Assembly (NCBI GenBank): GCA_973895155.1
Contig: OZ316898.1
Span: forward strand, 6,497,079 to 6,561,078
DNA length: 64,000 nt
Origin: Marsupella aquatica
Taxonomy: Eukaryota; Plantae; Marchantiophyta
Direction: 5' to 3'
Each line of letters opens with the position of its first letter. Positions within the stretch are counted from its first letter, which is position 1. The notes below the pieces were generated by a model that had not been told where the DNA came from, ran no database searches, and saw only the letters and a list, made by a program, of their open reading frames with translations. The position numbers and the translations under genes are program-made. Below are positions 40,610-53,245 of this stretch, one piece after another.

Positions 40610-42772
40610 TCAAAACCTCTTATTCTCATATGAGACCAAACCATGCACGTTACCCTCTGCTTGTGCAGCAGGTGTGCGTATCTGCATCAAAGTCCACCGT
40701 CCAAGAAGTTGGTATGAAAGAATGCGGATATTAGCCCCAAAACACAGAATTCCAATCAATGCTCAGTGCTGGCAATCTTAGACCTCGACCTGCCAATTCG
40801 GAAAAACGGTCAAGAACATGCAGCCTGGTGCAAAATAGTGGCAAGGTAGAGAGATGCAGACCTCCATTCTAATTTCTCCAGACCTGAGCGCCTGATGAAC
40901 TTTTTGGACTGACTTTACCCCCATATCTTGGAACCCTTGCCTTACTGCCTGCATTGTGAAGGGAACCAGACGGAGTATAGAGCCTTTATCTGCAACCACA
41001 CCTGAAACTCCTTGTGCTATTTTCAGTTGTAGTATGTTTGCCAAGTAATGATCATCACTTTCTTCTGCCAAGTAATGATCATCTCTTCCTTTTGCTTGAG
41101 CCTCTAAGGAGCCCATGGCTCGGTAAGATTTCAGCTTACGCCCATCCTGCTCACACAAACGGAATAAAAACCTATGAACGTAATTCCTGTCATGAAGAAA
41201 GGTTACCAGTGTGCAACCTTTTCTACTAGCCTGTGACCAGAAAGTGAGGAAATGCTGACTGGCTAGTATCCCCAGACCAAACCCTCAGTAGCCTATACAT
41301 AGTACCTCGTAGAGTTTAAGATTGGTCAATTCTTCCAAGACAACCAGAGGCCAACAACCAAACTGGATCACAGCAAAGATAGAAACATGTCCCACCTGGA
41401 AGAAATAATCTCCAGGAGCCTCTTCAGTCCCAGCAAGAAAGTTCCCCATCATGACAGTCGACGCACCCAAAGTAAGAGCCTTGACAATGTGCCCTGAATT
41501 AGAAATTCCCCCGTCTGCAATGATAGGGACATCAAAAGTGCTTGCAAAACGAGCTGTTTGATACACTGCAGTTGCCTGAGGCATAGAAAACCACGAAAGG
41601 GAGATTATGTTCGACAGAGCTTTCCAATCTTTCTACATACAGGACTAGTCTCATCATGCTCAAGTAATGACTTCAGGACTTGACAGCAACGGGAAAAGAG
41701 GGGGAATCCAGACTGGAGTGAATTTTAATCAAGGGGTACATGAAGAATGTACCTGGCCACGGCCAACACCGCAAACTTCCTGAGTGGTGCAAATGGAGCC
41801 AGCACCCATACCGACTCTTAGCGCATCAGCCCCTGCCGCGATCAACTGGTACGCTTGCCTAGCAGTCACCACATTTCCACCGATCACATCGAGCTGTGGG
41901 TACCTCTTCTTAACGTAGGACAGCATATCTAGTTGGTATTGGGAGTTGCCCTGGGCGCTATCCAGGATGACAACGTTCACGCCAGCATCCACCAGAAGCT
42001 TGAGCCTCTCTTTGTCACTGTCCCTAGTTCCCACAGCCGCTCCAACGAGGAACTTCCCATCAGGTCCGAGCGAGGGGGCACGCATCCTTGGGTTTGAGAG
42101 CATGCGCTTTAGGTCTGTTCTGCACAGCACTTCCACCACCTCGCCGTGGTCGTTCACTAGAGGCAACGAACACTTCTTGCTACAACTCAGAATTTGAGCA
42201 GCGTCCAACAAAGTCGTGTCTGCTGGAGCTGTGACAAGGTCGGTGCTCATCACACCCCCGAGCTCCGTGCTTCTACGCACAACGCAATCTATATCACTGC
42301 TCGTGACAATGCCAACGAGCTTTGAACCCATGGTACCATCCTCTGTCACAAGAACAGATGAGAAACCCTTGGTACTCTTGATGACATCAATGTGGCTAAT
42401 TGTGTCACTGGGCCGCAAGCACACAGGCTCATACACGAATCCAACTCTCTGATTCTTAACCTTCTTGACGAGATTGGCCTGCTCTACCGGCGTGTTGTTG
42501 TAATGCACGAATCCAATTGCTCCCACGGTCGCCATCGCTGCTGCCATGGACGATCCTGTCACTGTGTCCATAGGGGACGAGATGCAGGGCGTCCTCAGAA
42601 CGATGTTTTTCGTCAATTTCGATGAGAGGTCAACGTCATCTGCTGGGAAGTCGATGAACCCCGGATGCATGATCACGTCGTCGTAAGTGTAACTATTTTC
42701 TCTCCCAAAAACCTCTATTGCTGTCCACCCATCGTGCTCGAATCCAGGGAAACCTCCCCCATTTTGGCCCAT
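40610..42772 (-). CDS. IMPDH: Inosine-5'-monophosphate dehydrogenase; join(42772..41753, 41575..41396, 41146..40862, 40681..40610)
   Basis: [17 protein letters not shown] pair, [20 protein letters not shown], catalytic loop [32 protein letters not shown] and C-terminal [19 protein letters not shown]. All introns are GT-AG, phase 0. Confidence 0.95.
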
Positions 42773-43321
42773 CTCTCCCACACTCTCTCAAAACAGAAGT
42801 GCTCCCTATTCTCAGAACTTTGAGACCTCTGATTATGAGGATTGCTGCTCTTCAGAAATTGGACACCTCTGATTGTGAGGATTGCTGTGGAGACGAGGGT
42901 TGTTGACCGCAGCAGCAATGTCGCAAGCCAGCAAACAAAATTCTCGAGTCAGTCAGGGTTTAAGTTTTAGCACTCCGGGGTCTTAAGTAGTGGATACAGA
43001 TTACGGGACGATCCAAATTCTTGAGTCAGTCAGGGTTTAGCGTTTGGTGCTCGGGCTCTTACAGTGGTGGATACAGATTACGTTACCCTGGGATATGGTC
43101 GGTTCGCGCAATAAAAAGTGTTGAAAATGTCAGTGTATGTTGGGTACAATGTATGAAACTTGAAATATTGACATATTAAGTTTCATTTAGAAGAGGTTCA
43201 CCCTTCGAAATGACCACAAATTGTCCAGAATGACGAAGAGTCTTATGGGCTAAAGTATTGCGTTCTCAAGGATCTATCTCTTTTTTCTTTCTGTAGCACT
43301 GGAGCCAATGGTGCCTTCATT

Positions 43322-46300
43322 CATGTTGCATTGGATGCCCAGTAGCCCCAACAACCAGGGAGCAAGATTGTCACAAGATCACCTTCTTGCTTCACCTGTG
43401 ATCGATGTGTAGGCGGCCACCATAAGTTTATATCTACACAAGATGGCTATCACGGCGACTGTGCTTACGATTGATTTTCATTGAGGACAAGCGCTTCTTT
43501 GTTAGGAGGTTTTGGAACCTCACTTTCTCGTGGTGATGATCAATCTCATGCTTGTGATCAATGTCATGTTTGTGATCTTGATCATCATCGTGAAGTCTGT
43601 CGTCAATGGGCATAGAATTGAGGCGTCTGTCTCGATCAGCATAGCTATGAGGAAAGTGAGTATGGTGATGGCGTTTGGGGAATATCTTGCTATATAGTAC
43701 TGTTGGGAGGTCAAACACTTTCCCAGAAGGATGGTGCACGATGAAAGGATTCTCTACCATGTTAGGGAACTCTGCTTCTAATCTCTTTTGCTCTTCTTTT
43801 CGTAATCGTTCTCTTTGGCCAAACTCGGATAGTTGTCTCACAGTGGGATGTTCCAAACGTTGGTAATCTGTGTGAACATATGCGCTAGTGTTGAAGTTTT
43901 TCTCATGGGGGATCATCAGTTCCTTCTCCTTGTCCTTTTTCTTGAGGAGATCCCATTTGGTCACATAGGGCCCACAGTTTTGTGTTGTGATGTATGTGCC
44001 CAAACTGGAGGTAATGAGAGCTGCGTCTTCAACACGGCGGCGAGTGTCTATGCTTAGCTTTGAATGAGGCACCTTGCTTTGCTTGACAAAGAACTTGTTG
44101 TTTGCCATCTTGACGGGAATGCCATATTCATCAAACCCAGCCTTCCTCCAAATCTCCATCCCTGTCACCTGCCTTCTCCTGGCATCCTTGATGTGCTCCT
44201 CCAAATAGCTTCGTCCTCTTCCAAATATTGCAATCAGTGGTGAATAGAAAGCTCCTTTGCATGACTCCGTACCAACCTGTGGATGTATTCGGCAGATTCA
44301 TTGTATGTAAAACAACTTAACAATGTTCTCTTTCACAGGTTTATCAACAAAATCTGTCTCCTTTAGTGAAGTGAAAATGCTGTGGAATATCTCAAAAGCG
44401 AGAAATTGGATTGCAAAGCTAGCTCCAAAGATGTAACGGCTGTCTCAATCTAGGATGACTGGAACAAAACCAAATAATCTGCTAAATTCCACCAGAACCT
44501 ATCTTTCCTCAAGTTCAGACAGTCGTTCAAGAATCCCATCAAAACTGATCACAGATGAGGAGACAGGTGAAACAAACACATGAGACTGACTACGTTGTTG
44601 TTTACCCGGAAGTGGCTGGATTCGATGAAATTGTCAATCTCTGCTTTAACATTTTTTGTAGCCTCTTCTTGCTCTCGCTCCATTTGCTCAAGATAACTTC
44701 TCTTCAGATGTACTCTCACTTCTGTCCCTACCTTGACAATCTTCTCTATGTAAGCCTTTCTTTTGTAGAAGTCGTGCTTGTACTTCCTGCTGTAAAATCC
44801 TCGAAAATGGCGTTGAATTACAATTGCATTCTTTCCAAAATAGATCAAGCGTAAGAACTTGTCCACCCGTCGACGAACCTCCATGGCATAACATCGATGC
44901 AAGTGACCTCGATAACATTTCTGGATCCTGATAGCTTGTGTATGCATCCTCTTCAACCGGAGCCATGCTGCCTTCCTCCGCCATGCACACTGTCCCTCTT
45001 TACAAGGCACCCATGAATCTGATTATTAACAATGTGATATGGCTTGAATAAAAAATTCCCTTTTGCTACGAAAGGAATCACAGGCTCTAGTCAGTTGACA
45101 CAGTTCTTAGTCAACAAAACAACAACGCAAAGATCTAAAATAGATCCCAGGAGGGACTTTTTACTGTAACTCTGGCACAATGGCATTGGCAGCTTACATG
45201 ACTGTCCTGCCTTATTTAATTAGTTTGGTTTTCTATGTAAAATATTGAGATGCCCAACTTCAAAATGTATCGTCCAACCGAATTTACTCTTTGCCTCGGT
45301 GAAGTTAACGATTTCTGGAACGTCTTTTAGACTTGGAATGCGTGAGTGGTCTCGGCAAAGAATATGAACATTGAAATATTGTCCTGTTAATCTTACCTGG
45401 ATCGTCACAGCTGCTTTTGTCTCCTGGGGTCTATGTTCCTCTGCTTCCCTGTCAGCACGCACATGCATTTAGCGTCAGGCCACGGGATTCCCTTTGTTTC
45501 TATCAAAGGAGTTAACACAGAATTTTAGTAGGTGCATCGATCCTCCCACGGAAGTAGAAGAACATCTCGGCTGCCATCGGGCAAGCATTGAAGATTCTAC
45601 AACCCTAGTGAAGGAGTTAACACAGAATTTTAGTAGGTGCATCGATCCTCCCACGGACGTAGAAGAACATCTCGGCTGCCATCGGGCAAGCATTGAAGAT
45701 TCTACAACCCTAGTGTGCTGAGATGGAAAGGCATTTGCAATACAATTGGTTGTGACACGAAATGACAGGACGACGTGAATCGTCTTGTGCTGCAACTGGA
45801 TGGGTTCTGTTCAATGCCCGGAAAGGGCCGTCTTGTCGGAGAATCAACACTTTTAACAACGGTGAACTACTGCGTGACACAGTCGCGTGATAAATGATGG
45901 CATGAACTTGCTGGCTTTGCCTCGTCATGGCGTCGATGAAGTCCAGAACTTCATGCTATACAGTTCTGACATAGTGATCCAGACAGTAGAGGACTAAACA
46001 ATCCTGCATTTTGAGCTTGCAGTGAAACATGATGGGCAATCAGGTCTTCCCACGGACACCGACTAACGTCAGTTAGATACTTTAGTTGATCTGTTTTGTT
46101 ATAGATTGTCAACAAAAGATTCGTTACCGTGAAACATGAAAGAAGCTATTAATGATGTCGATTGTGCATTTTGGGAAGAAATCTCCATTCAACACCCCAA
46201 TTCGGTTCCCCACTATTTCTCGTAGAGGCTGGGGACGTTCTTCTACCTCCGTGGGAGCATCTCCTTCGATTACGTTTCCTTCCAATGTTCCTTTTTCGGA

Positions 46301-46375
46301 TGCTTTTGTATTTGGGTCTTCTTTTATCTTCGATGGAAGTGATGCCATCGCCTGTTCTTTCCCTTTTGGAGCCAT
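43322..46375 (-). CDS. SPATA17: SPATA17-like IQ-motif flagellar protein, 4-5 exons
   Basis: Exons join to EAEEHRPQETKAAVTIQ|CAWRRK...AIRIQKCYRGHLHR...NAIVIQRHFRGFYSRKYKHDFYKRKAYI...HFR|VGTESCKGAFYSP, which is the three-IQ plus H-x-x-x-T-x3-G-x-Y-SP layout of SPATA17. The last exon is uncertain (stop at 43434 if unspliced). Confidence 0.8.
45506..45715. repeat. Tandem duplication 2 x 105 bp in SPATA17 intron 1
   Basis: Units start at 45506 and 45611. One mismatch seen (GGAAGT vs GGACGT). Confidence 0.95.
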
Positions 46376-46963
46376 GATGGAGCACGAAAATCAGCACCAA
46401 GACTCCGAGTAGTGCAACTTCTTTCTGTTCCCTTGATTTTCGTCCTAAAATTTCCGTCGGATGTATCTAAACAGAGTCTCTTGCTTTTCCATTCTCCAAC
46501 CGTCTAATGTGGACTCCTGCACGCGTACCCATTCAGACGTACAACTAGCGCTTTGAACCCATACGATTCAACTTATCATCAAAGACTGTCCCACAGTTGC
46601 ATAATCACAAAACTTTGTGCTGCAAAACAGCTTCAAAACATATAGCCTCCCACATTTTCAGATACATTCTATTAACATGAGAGAAACGTCGTTATTTAGA
46701 TGCTCAGCACCACGGAATGTATCCCGCCAGTTTCTTGTTTGATACCCCTCGTCACTGTGTGTCCCATATTTGCTTGAGGCCAGGTTTAGGTATGCATTGT
46801 TCCCCTCACGCTCCTCGAAACGAGACGTCTTGGGTAGTACATAGAGTGACCCGCATCAGGCGTCCTGCTTCACTCAGCCGTGGAGCTTTTTCAGTTTTAT
46901 AAGTGATAAGCTTCGACCTTAGTTTGAACAGGATTGCCCATCAGTAAGAAATCTCGCATGTAC

Positions 46964-47155
46964 TGCATATAATCTGCAATGAAATTCAGAAACCAATTCT
47001 CCTAGTTTGTTTCTTGTAAAGTTTCATATCGCTGGTGTCCATGGTGTTAACCATCTATGTGCATATAATCTGCAATGAAATTCAGAAACCAATTCTCCTA
47101 GTTTGTTTCTTGTAAAGTTTCATATCGCTGGTGTCCATGGTGTTAACCATCTATG
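46964..47155. repeat. Tandem duplication 2 x 96 bp
   Basis: Units start at 46964 and 47060 (TGCATATAATCTGCAATG...CCATCTATG) and appear identical. Confidence 0.95.
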
Positions 47156-48180
47156 TATGCAACAAGGAAATCAGAACTTCAGTTTGGCCAGGAAGATGTT
47201 AGCATTCGATTCGTCCTCACGTTGTACAAATTGCCATTGGAGAGGCTGAGCTATTGATAGTGATATCATAGGACTGGAAACAAGATGGAGACGAACAACA
47301 CCTTCAGTGACATAGTGAAGTACGACTATGAATGGCATACTCAGTTCTCATCTTCGAGTACAGAGTCTGAATTTTGAGTTAGATCTGTGTGGTATTACAT
47401 GATTCAAACATGCTGCTCAATGATTCACACATTCCTGTATTACTGAAGGGGCTGAGATGACCAAATTGATTGACATCCAAGTAACTCGAGAGAAATCTGC
47501 CACGGATGTGGTTCAAAACGCCCATTAAGCGCAATTGTAAGGGTGTACAGCAGCACAAGGTTTACGTATTGCATTCACAATGATTTTCCAGACCAGATTG
47601 CCCATTGCTAAGCTATCGTCTGCAATGGAAACACTCATCAAATATTCGGACATCGCCAGCTCCAACAGCGAATGAGTGCGAATGAAGAGAATTAAAAATT
47701 GTGTATTACCTTTACTCCCACTCCCAATGGTTCTGATCATGCCACTAAATTTCATTATCATCATCCCCACTGAATGTTATTCTAAAGCTTTGCACTGAGG
47801 CTCTTGCTGACGCAAAGTCAATCTGTGCATTTTGATATTGCACGACCTACATCGGAATGGAGTACTCTGGAACAATTGGCGTAAGCTTCTGAAGCCACGC
47901 AACTATACTTTGAAATGACCAGATTTAGCTCGGTCACAATGGCGACCGGCTACCAAATTCATAAATTTGCTTGTCAGTCTTCGTGCTGGCAGCAACAACA
48001 TGGTAAACAAGACCGATGGAAAAGGTGGTCCCGAAAGATACATCACCTCTTTCTTCACTAGAAATCGACATTCAGCTCTCATCCATTTGACGGATTCAAC
48101 ACTAGTCTATTACTGACATGAACTTGATAGTATAAAAAGACCCGACTTCGAATGCTCACTGGAGCTTCCAATTCAAGGGC

Positions 48181-49821
48181 TCAGGCCCTAAACTTCCACT
48201 CTCTTCGGCACATGGGACAGTGGGGTCGTGGGCTTTGTGAATTTACCCACTTCAAAATACAGTGCAAATGAAAAGCATGATTGCACGCACCCCAAACTGA
48301 TCCAACGACAAACCAAAACAAGAATAGGCATCAGTACCAAATAAATCTCCAAAAGGATAAGGACTCAAGATATCAGAACCGCTTTCTATTAATCATTTGT
48401 GCAACTACCCATTCGGCATTTATTGACATCCAGTTTCACTAGGGCAGTCCTGAAGAGACTTCCATACCTCACAGTTAGTCCATAATGAGTGAATAATGTC
48501 CGACGGAATGACCATGGACAAAAACCACTGATAATACAAGTTCGATGTCTAAATGAGCACAATCGTAGCAAGAAATGCACTCCAGAAGAGAGCATTGGAA
48601 CACGTCCAATTTCAGGTACTTGAGAAGAACGAGATCTAAAGAGAGATGGCAGACATACTTAGAGGGCAATCATCTCCAGGCATCTTGCAATCAGGGCAGC
48701 AGCCATCAAACGCCATCCGGCAAATTCCACAGGCGTCATCATGTGCGTCCCACGTCCATGATGCTACTCCATGCCACCTACAAACAGATGGCCACCTTTG
48801 GTCATCAATCCATCCAATGCATCTCCTCCCCTAATTGGTACAGACAACCAATTGACTCTTCCAATGCCTTAATACAAACTTGGCCGTTCGAAAATCTACT
48901 GAGTGAAACTTTTCAGAAATCGAAGTCCAGTTCGCAACGATTCTCAAGCACTTGTGGCACAAGATTCGCGAGTCAAAGCAAGTCAAGCGAAATAGGGTAC
49001 AGATTCACCAAGCTACAACAATTTTCCTCAATTGAAATTTCTAAAACCAATTCGTGACGCTTTAGTCACTGCCAAAGCGAGAGAGTGGGGAAAAGAGATT
49101 TACTCTGATCAACGAAACGCAGAGAACGAGACATTTGCAATAGCAGTTGGTCAAGGACTACAACATTTTCGTCTGGAAAAAGGGAAACACGTCTCTATCT
49201 CATTCCCTTTAACCCTAACTCGCGATTGTATTGTTCCTTTCCAGACAAATTCCACTAAATTCCAGTCCTCTCATGCGTTCCTTCACTGTCTGAAATCACA
49301 GTCACTGCTACTCGAAAACATCCATATTCCTGCTCTGCTCCAAATCCTTCCCACAGCTTTGAACCCGTCCTCTAAGACACTAACAGATTACATTGAAATC
49401 CTAAATCGATTTTCAGTTCCCATTGCATTAATTCAAAATCAGTCTCCCAAAAAATGCAAAAAAAATGTGACTACCCTCACTAGTTCCAATCTTTCGCACA
49501 GCTTGATGTAAACAAATACCATCGACATTCAGTATCTATTTTTCAGTTCCCGTTGTATTCATTTAAATTCAATCTACCTCCAAAAAGATGCAAATTTTAA
49601 GAATCTGCCCCAAATGAACCAGTTCCAGTTTTTCGCACAGCGTTTTACGCTTCTCGCAGATAATATTTCCATATCACATCGATTCTGTATCTATTTCAGT
49701 TCCCCTTGTACTCATTCAAATTCCGAGTACCTGCAAATTCAGTCTACCTGCCAAAAAGATGCAATCCAAGAAATCTACTGTAAAGAACTGAAGGAAGGAT
49801 ACTGATGATTTTCACTTTCAT
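48181..49821 (-). CDS. APC11: Anaphase-promoting complex subunit 11 (RING-H2); exons 49821..(49748 or 49803), 48777..48659, 48296..48181
   Basis: Manual translation gives MKVKII / WHGVASWTWDAHDDACGICRMAFDGCCPDCKMPGDDCPL / IWGACNHAFHLHCILKWVNSQSPRPHCPMCRREWKFRA*, near-identical to plant APC11. Not in the ORF track because the exons are short. Confidence 0.93.
49410..49770. repeat. Degenerate tandem repeat (3 units, about 120-160 bp spacing) at the 5' end of APC11 intron 1
   Basis: TTTCAGTTCCC.TTG.A.T.ATT...C(C)AAAA.ATGCAA recurs at about 49410, 49541 and 49693. Confidence 0.6.
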
Positions 49822-50096
49822 ACTCCCTCCGCTCTTGCCCCCGGACCCCTTATCGCTGTGTCCGTGGCTCCCTGCGAGAGCAAGCGACTGCTTCGCCGGT
49901 CTCTCGCTCATTCGAAGATGATAGTCAAGTCGGCAATTCAAGATGGCTAGGCAAACCAAATAGTCAGCTTTTCTGTGATCTAAAACTAGTTATTCAGCTT
50001 TGTACATCTGGATACAGAACTAGACAAACTAATGAGTTTGTGTCCATCTAGTTATTTTTATTGTGTCTCACTCGTTATTTTCATGGTGTCTCACTA

Positions 50097-50572
50097 GGGG
50101 GCTCAATATTGAGGCTGCAATGTTTTAGGGGCAGTTCCGCATGCACACAGTCATAAAAATGGGGGTCAGCCCAAGGGTGGTCGACACACCATAGCCGCTT
50201 TTGCTACCAAAGGAGTTTCCTCCGTAAGGTGAGTTCTCCCCAGTTTGATTTCTGCTCGTTTTCCTCGCATTAGCTACATAAGTGCTCTGTGACAGCTTCC
50301 TAAATCCTGTAAAGCAGAAACCTGAAAATCTATACCTGCCAGGTAGGGTATAGAGACAGATATAGGAAGGGCGGATACCTGCCAAGTAAGGTATTACACA
50401 AGGTATAGCCAAATAATAGCTGTCCGGTAAGGTATTTTAAGTTATTGCAATACCTTACCTTTACGTGAATGCTATATCTTGCCGCCATAGTATACCCGCC
50501 TAACACTGATCTGAACCCCACTTTTTTTTTTTGGGGGGGGGGATTTGTGTTAAAATGCTCACAGTGAGCCTC
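50097..50572. mobile_element. Putative degenerate MITE upstream of APC11, with an end shared with 14022-14494
   Basis: Left end GGGGGCTCAATATTGAGG, weak right TIR CTCACAGTGAGCCTC, internal ATACCTGCCA.GTA.GGTAT repeats. Confidence 0.35.
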
Positions 50573-51013
50573 AAACCCAACACCTGAGTCGCCCAACTCT
50601 TGCATTCTACCAGTAGCCCATGGACTGCAGGATGTTCATAACCATATTTTATAGGTATTTACTTTGATTTTGCGGACATCTGACCTGCAAGTACCAGCTA
50701 CCAGCAGCCACCGACTAATGGAGCAGGTGCAACATAACAGCATTTAATGGGAATCCCGCACATTATTTAATGTGAATCCTGTGATTTATAGAAGGGTTTT
50801 TTATTGGCTGAACTATGTTCAGCTATGTGATGGGGGCCCAAAAAAAGCCCCCAAGATACTTTTGTCAAAAATACATACGGATTGCAATACTGGACTTCTA
50901 CACAGTTTCCCTTGTTCTAAAAAGACCAAAACAATATCCAATGTATTGTATTCAGGCAAGATCGTGACGGCTTACGTAGGAAGAGAGAAGAGACAAGGGG
51001 ACCATTTAAAGAT

Positions 51014-51316
51014 CTGTCGTTTGTGTTTACTTCATTCTTTTATTCTTTTTCACTTTGTTTGTCTTAAGCTCAGTATATTGAATACTTGCTCTTTTCAGTT
51101 CAGCCTAATGTGACCCCTTTGGTCAAGGCCCAGGGGAACATTTAATGATTTGTCGTTTGTGTTTACTTCATTCTTTTTGTTCTTTTTCACTTTGTTTGTC
51201 TTAAGCTAAGTATATTGAATACTTGCTCTTTTCAGTTCTAATGTGACCCACCCCTTTGGTCACTGGCCTGGTTGTTATTGGCTGAACTGAACCTGGTTGT
51301 TATTGGCTGAACTGAA
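51014..51316. repeat. Tandem duplications (2 x about 137 bp, then 2 x 25 bp)
   Basis: TGTCGTTTGTGTTTACTTCATTC...TAATGTGACCC at about 51014 and 51151. CCTGGTTGTTATTGGCTGAACTGAA twice at 51267-51316. Confidence 0.85.
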
Positions 51317-52679
51317 AGCTTTGTGGTGGGGGCTCCTCTTGCGTGTGATGCATCGATGCTCGTGATTCAACTATGGCAGTGACTACTGTAGTATGGTGAT
51401 GTTGTTTCACAATTCATTTCAAAAACTCATTTATTACAACCCTTCGGTCACACTCTAAATGTTGCCCCTCTTCCTGGTTCTATTATTTAGGTGATAGCAT
51501 TTGCATGAGCTATGTACTTGATGGACTCCCAAAATAGAAAGTTACTTGACTACACACCTAGTGATCCAGGTGGTTGATAGACCTTAAATCTAAGTACAAA
51601 AGCCTCAGGGGTCTATTGAGCATACTCCCATCCACACCGTGTTCTATAATCAGTGTGGAACTGGAATAATCGGCCTGTCCTAGCTAGGAGACCAAATTCT
51701 CGTTTGCACCAGAGGTAGGTTTAGGGTTTAGGATTTAGATTTATTTTCTGTGGCAGGATTTTGGCCACTTTCCCCAAGCAGAATACTTCCAGGTCAAGCC
51801 CTCGCAAAAATATTTGATGTTGGCCAGACTGCCACATGTACGCATCTGGGGCAACATGGAATCTCCCTCCCTTGTGTCAGCCATCAATAGATGTAGGGAG
51901 AGACTGGCTATGTCAACTTTCAGGCCCGAAAGGCTCCCATCCGTGCCAGTCAGGTCCTACTGTTCCTCGAACAATTACTCCTGAAAATGATATATGACAG
52001 CCCACAACCATGGAATGGTGCAGATACACGAGAGTGACCTCTTATTTCTCTTAGAGCCAAGTTGTTTTTGTGCATAAGAATTTAGTGAACCTCGCTTAAG
52101 GATGGAAGTTTGTGCAAAATTGATTAACTGATGCAGTTTGAACTTGGAATCTCACTTGTTGCAATGAATATCGCCTGGGCTACATCTGTTGGGACATCAC
52201 CTGGGCTCCATCTATTGGGACAACTAATTTCAAGCAAACTCTACATTTATGTAGTTCTGCCCACAACAGGTGGCACTGGGATGTGAGCGTCTCTAAGTAA
52301 TGGGCACCATTGAATGGTGGGACACAATAGACCACACTAAGTAAGTTTTGAAGTAACTTTAGTCCAAATCATTTAAGTGGAAAATAATTATGGTTTTCAA
52401 CTCAAAAACAGCTGTGCAGTATAAGCTCCTTTGGACAGCATTTGGCACCCCAAAGGTCAAACAGTCAAACAGAATCGTCTCTCCTTGGAGCATGGTTCAC
52501 ACTATGCACCGTGTATTTAACTCTCCATTTGACTCTCCATTTGCCTGGGGAAGATCAAGGCCCACCCAAATGGCACAGAGTTCCCATGGTACCGTCCAAT
52601 GATTCACCCAACGCAACCCCGGTTTGGACTTGCCCGGCAAATAGACCGTTTTAAGGCCGTCAACCGGCAAGCCGACACC

Positions 52680-53245
52680 CGGTCTCTCCCGATCGTCATC
52701 ATCCGGTCCCGGCCCGAGTAAATCCGGTCCCAGCCTGAGTACTCCCGGTCCTCTTCCCTCCCGGCCCCGGACCCTAAACTTCCTCCGGCCCGGACCCTTC
52801 ACCCTCCCGGCCCGGACCCTAACGCCCCCCCCCCCCCCCCCGCCCCGGACCCTTCACCCTCCCGGCCCGGACCCTAACGCCCCCCCCCCCTGCCCCGGAC
52901 CCTTCACCCTCCCAGCCCGGACCCTAAAGCCCCCCCCCCCCCGCCCTGGACCCTACAGCCCTCCCGGCCCGGACCCTAAAGCCCTCCCCCCGGCCCGGAC
53001 CCAAAAGCCCCCCCCCCCCTCCCAGCCCTAAAGCCCCCCCCTCCGCCCCGGTCCCTAAAGCCCCCCCGGCCCGGCCCACCCCCGCCCGACCCGGGCCCAC
53101 CATGAGGGACCGGGTCGGGCGGGGCCGGGCCGGGCCGGGCTTTAGGGTTAGGTTGCGAGGAGGGCAGCCGCCAGGGGGGATCGGGCTCGGCCACCCGGGG
53201 TCGGCTCGCGAGGTGGGGTGGGGGGGATGAGACCGGGACCGGGGC
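52680..53245. repeat. Left subterminal GC-rich array (CCGGACCCT / CCCGGCCC units with C-runs, switching to G-rich at about 53105)
   Basis: Units of about 50-58 bp, CCGGACCCTTCACCCTCCCGGCCCGGACCCTAACG(C)n, repeated 3-4 times. Confidence 0.9.

Noticed and set aside
45494-45795. ORFs with an internally repeated 35-aa peptide; possible CRISPR-like or repeat protein
   Set aside because: Produced by a 2 x 105-bp intronic tandem duplication. No spacers, and the context is eukaryotic.
49032-49511. 159-aa plus-strand ORF (and 48575-49057)
   Set aside because: Antisense to APC11 intron 1 and exon 2, overlapping a degenerate repeat, non-ATG start, no motif.
51720-51740. TTTAGGGTTTAGGATTTAG telomere-like motif
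   Set aside because: Only 2-3 degenerate units. At most a telo-box, not an interstitial telomere array.
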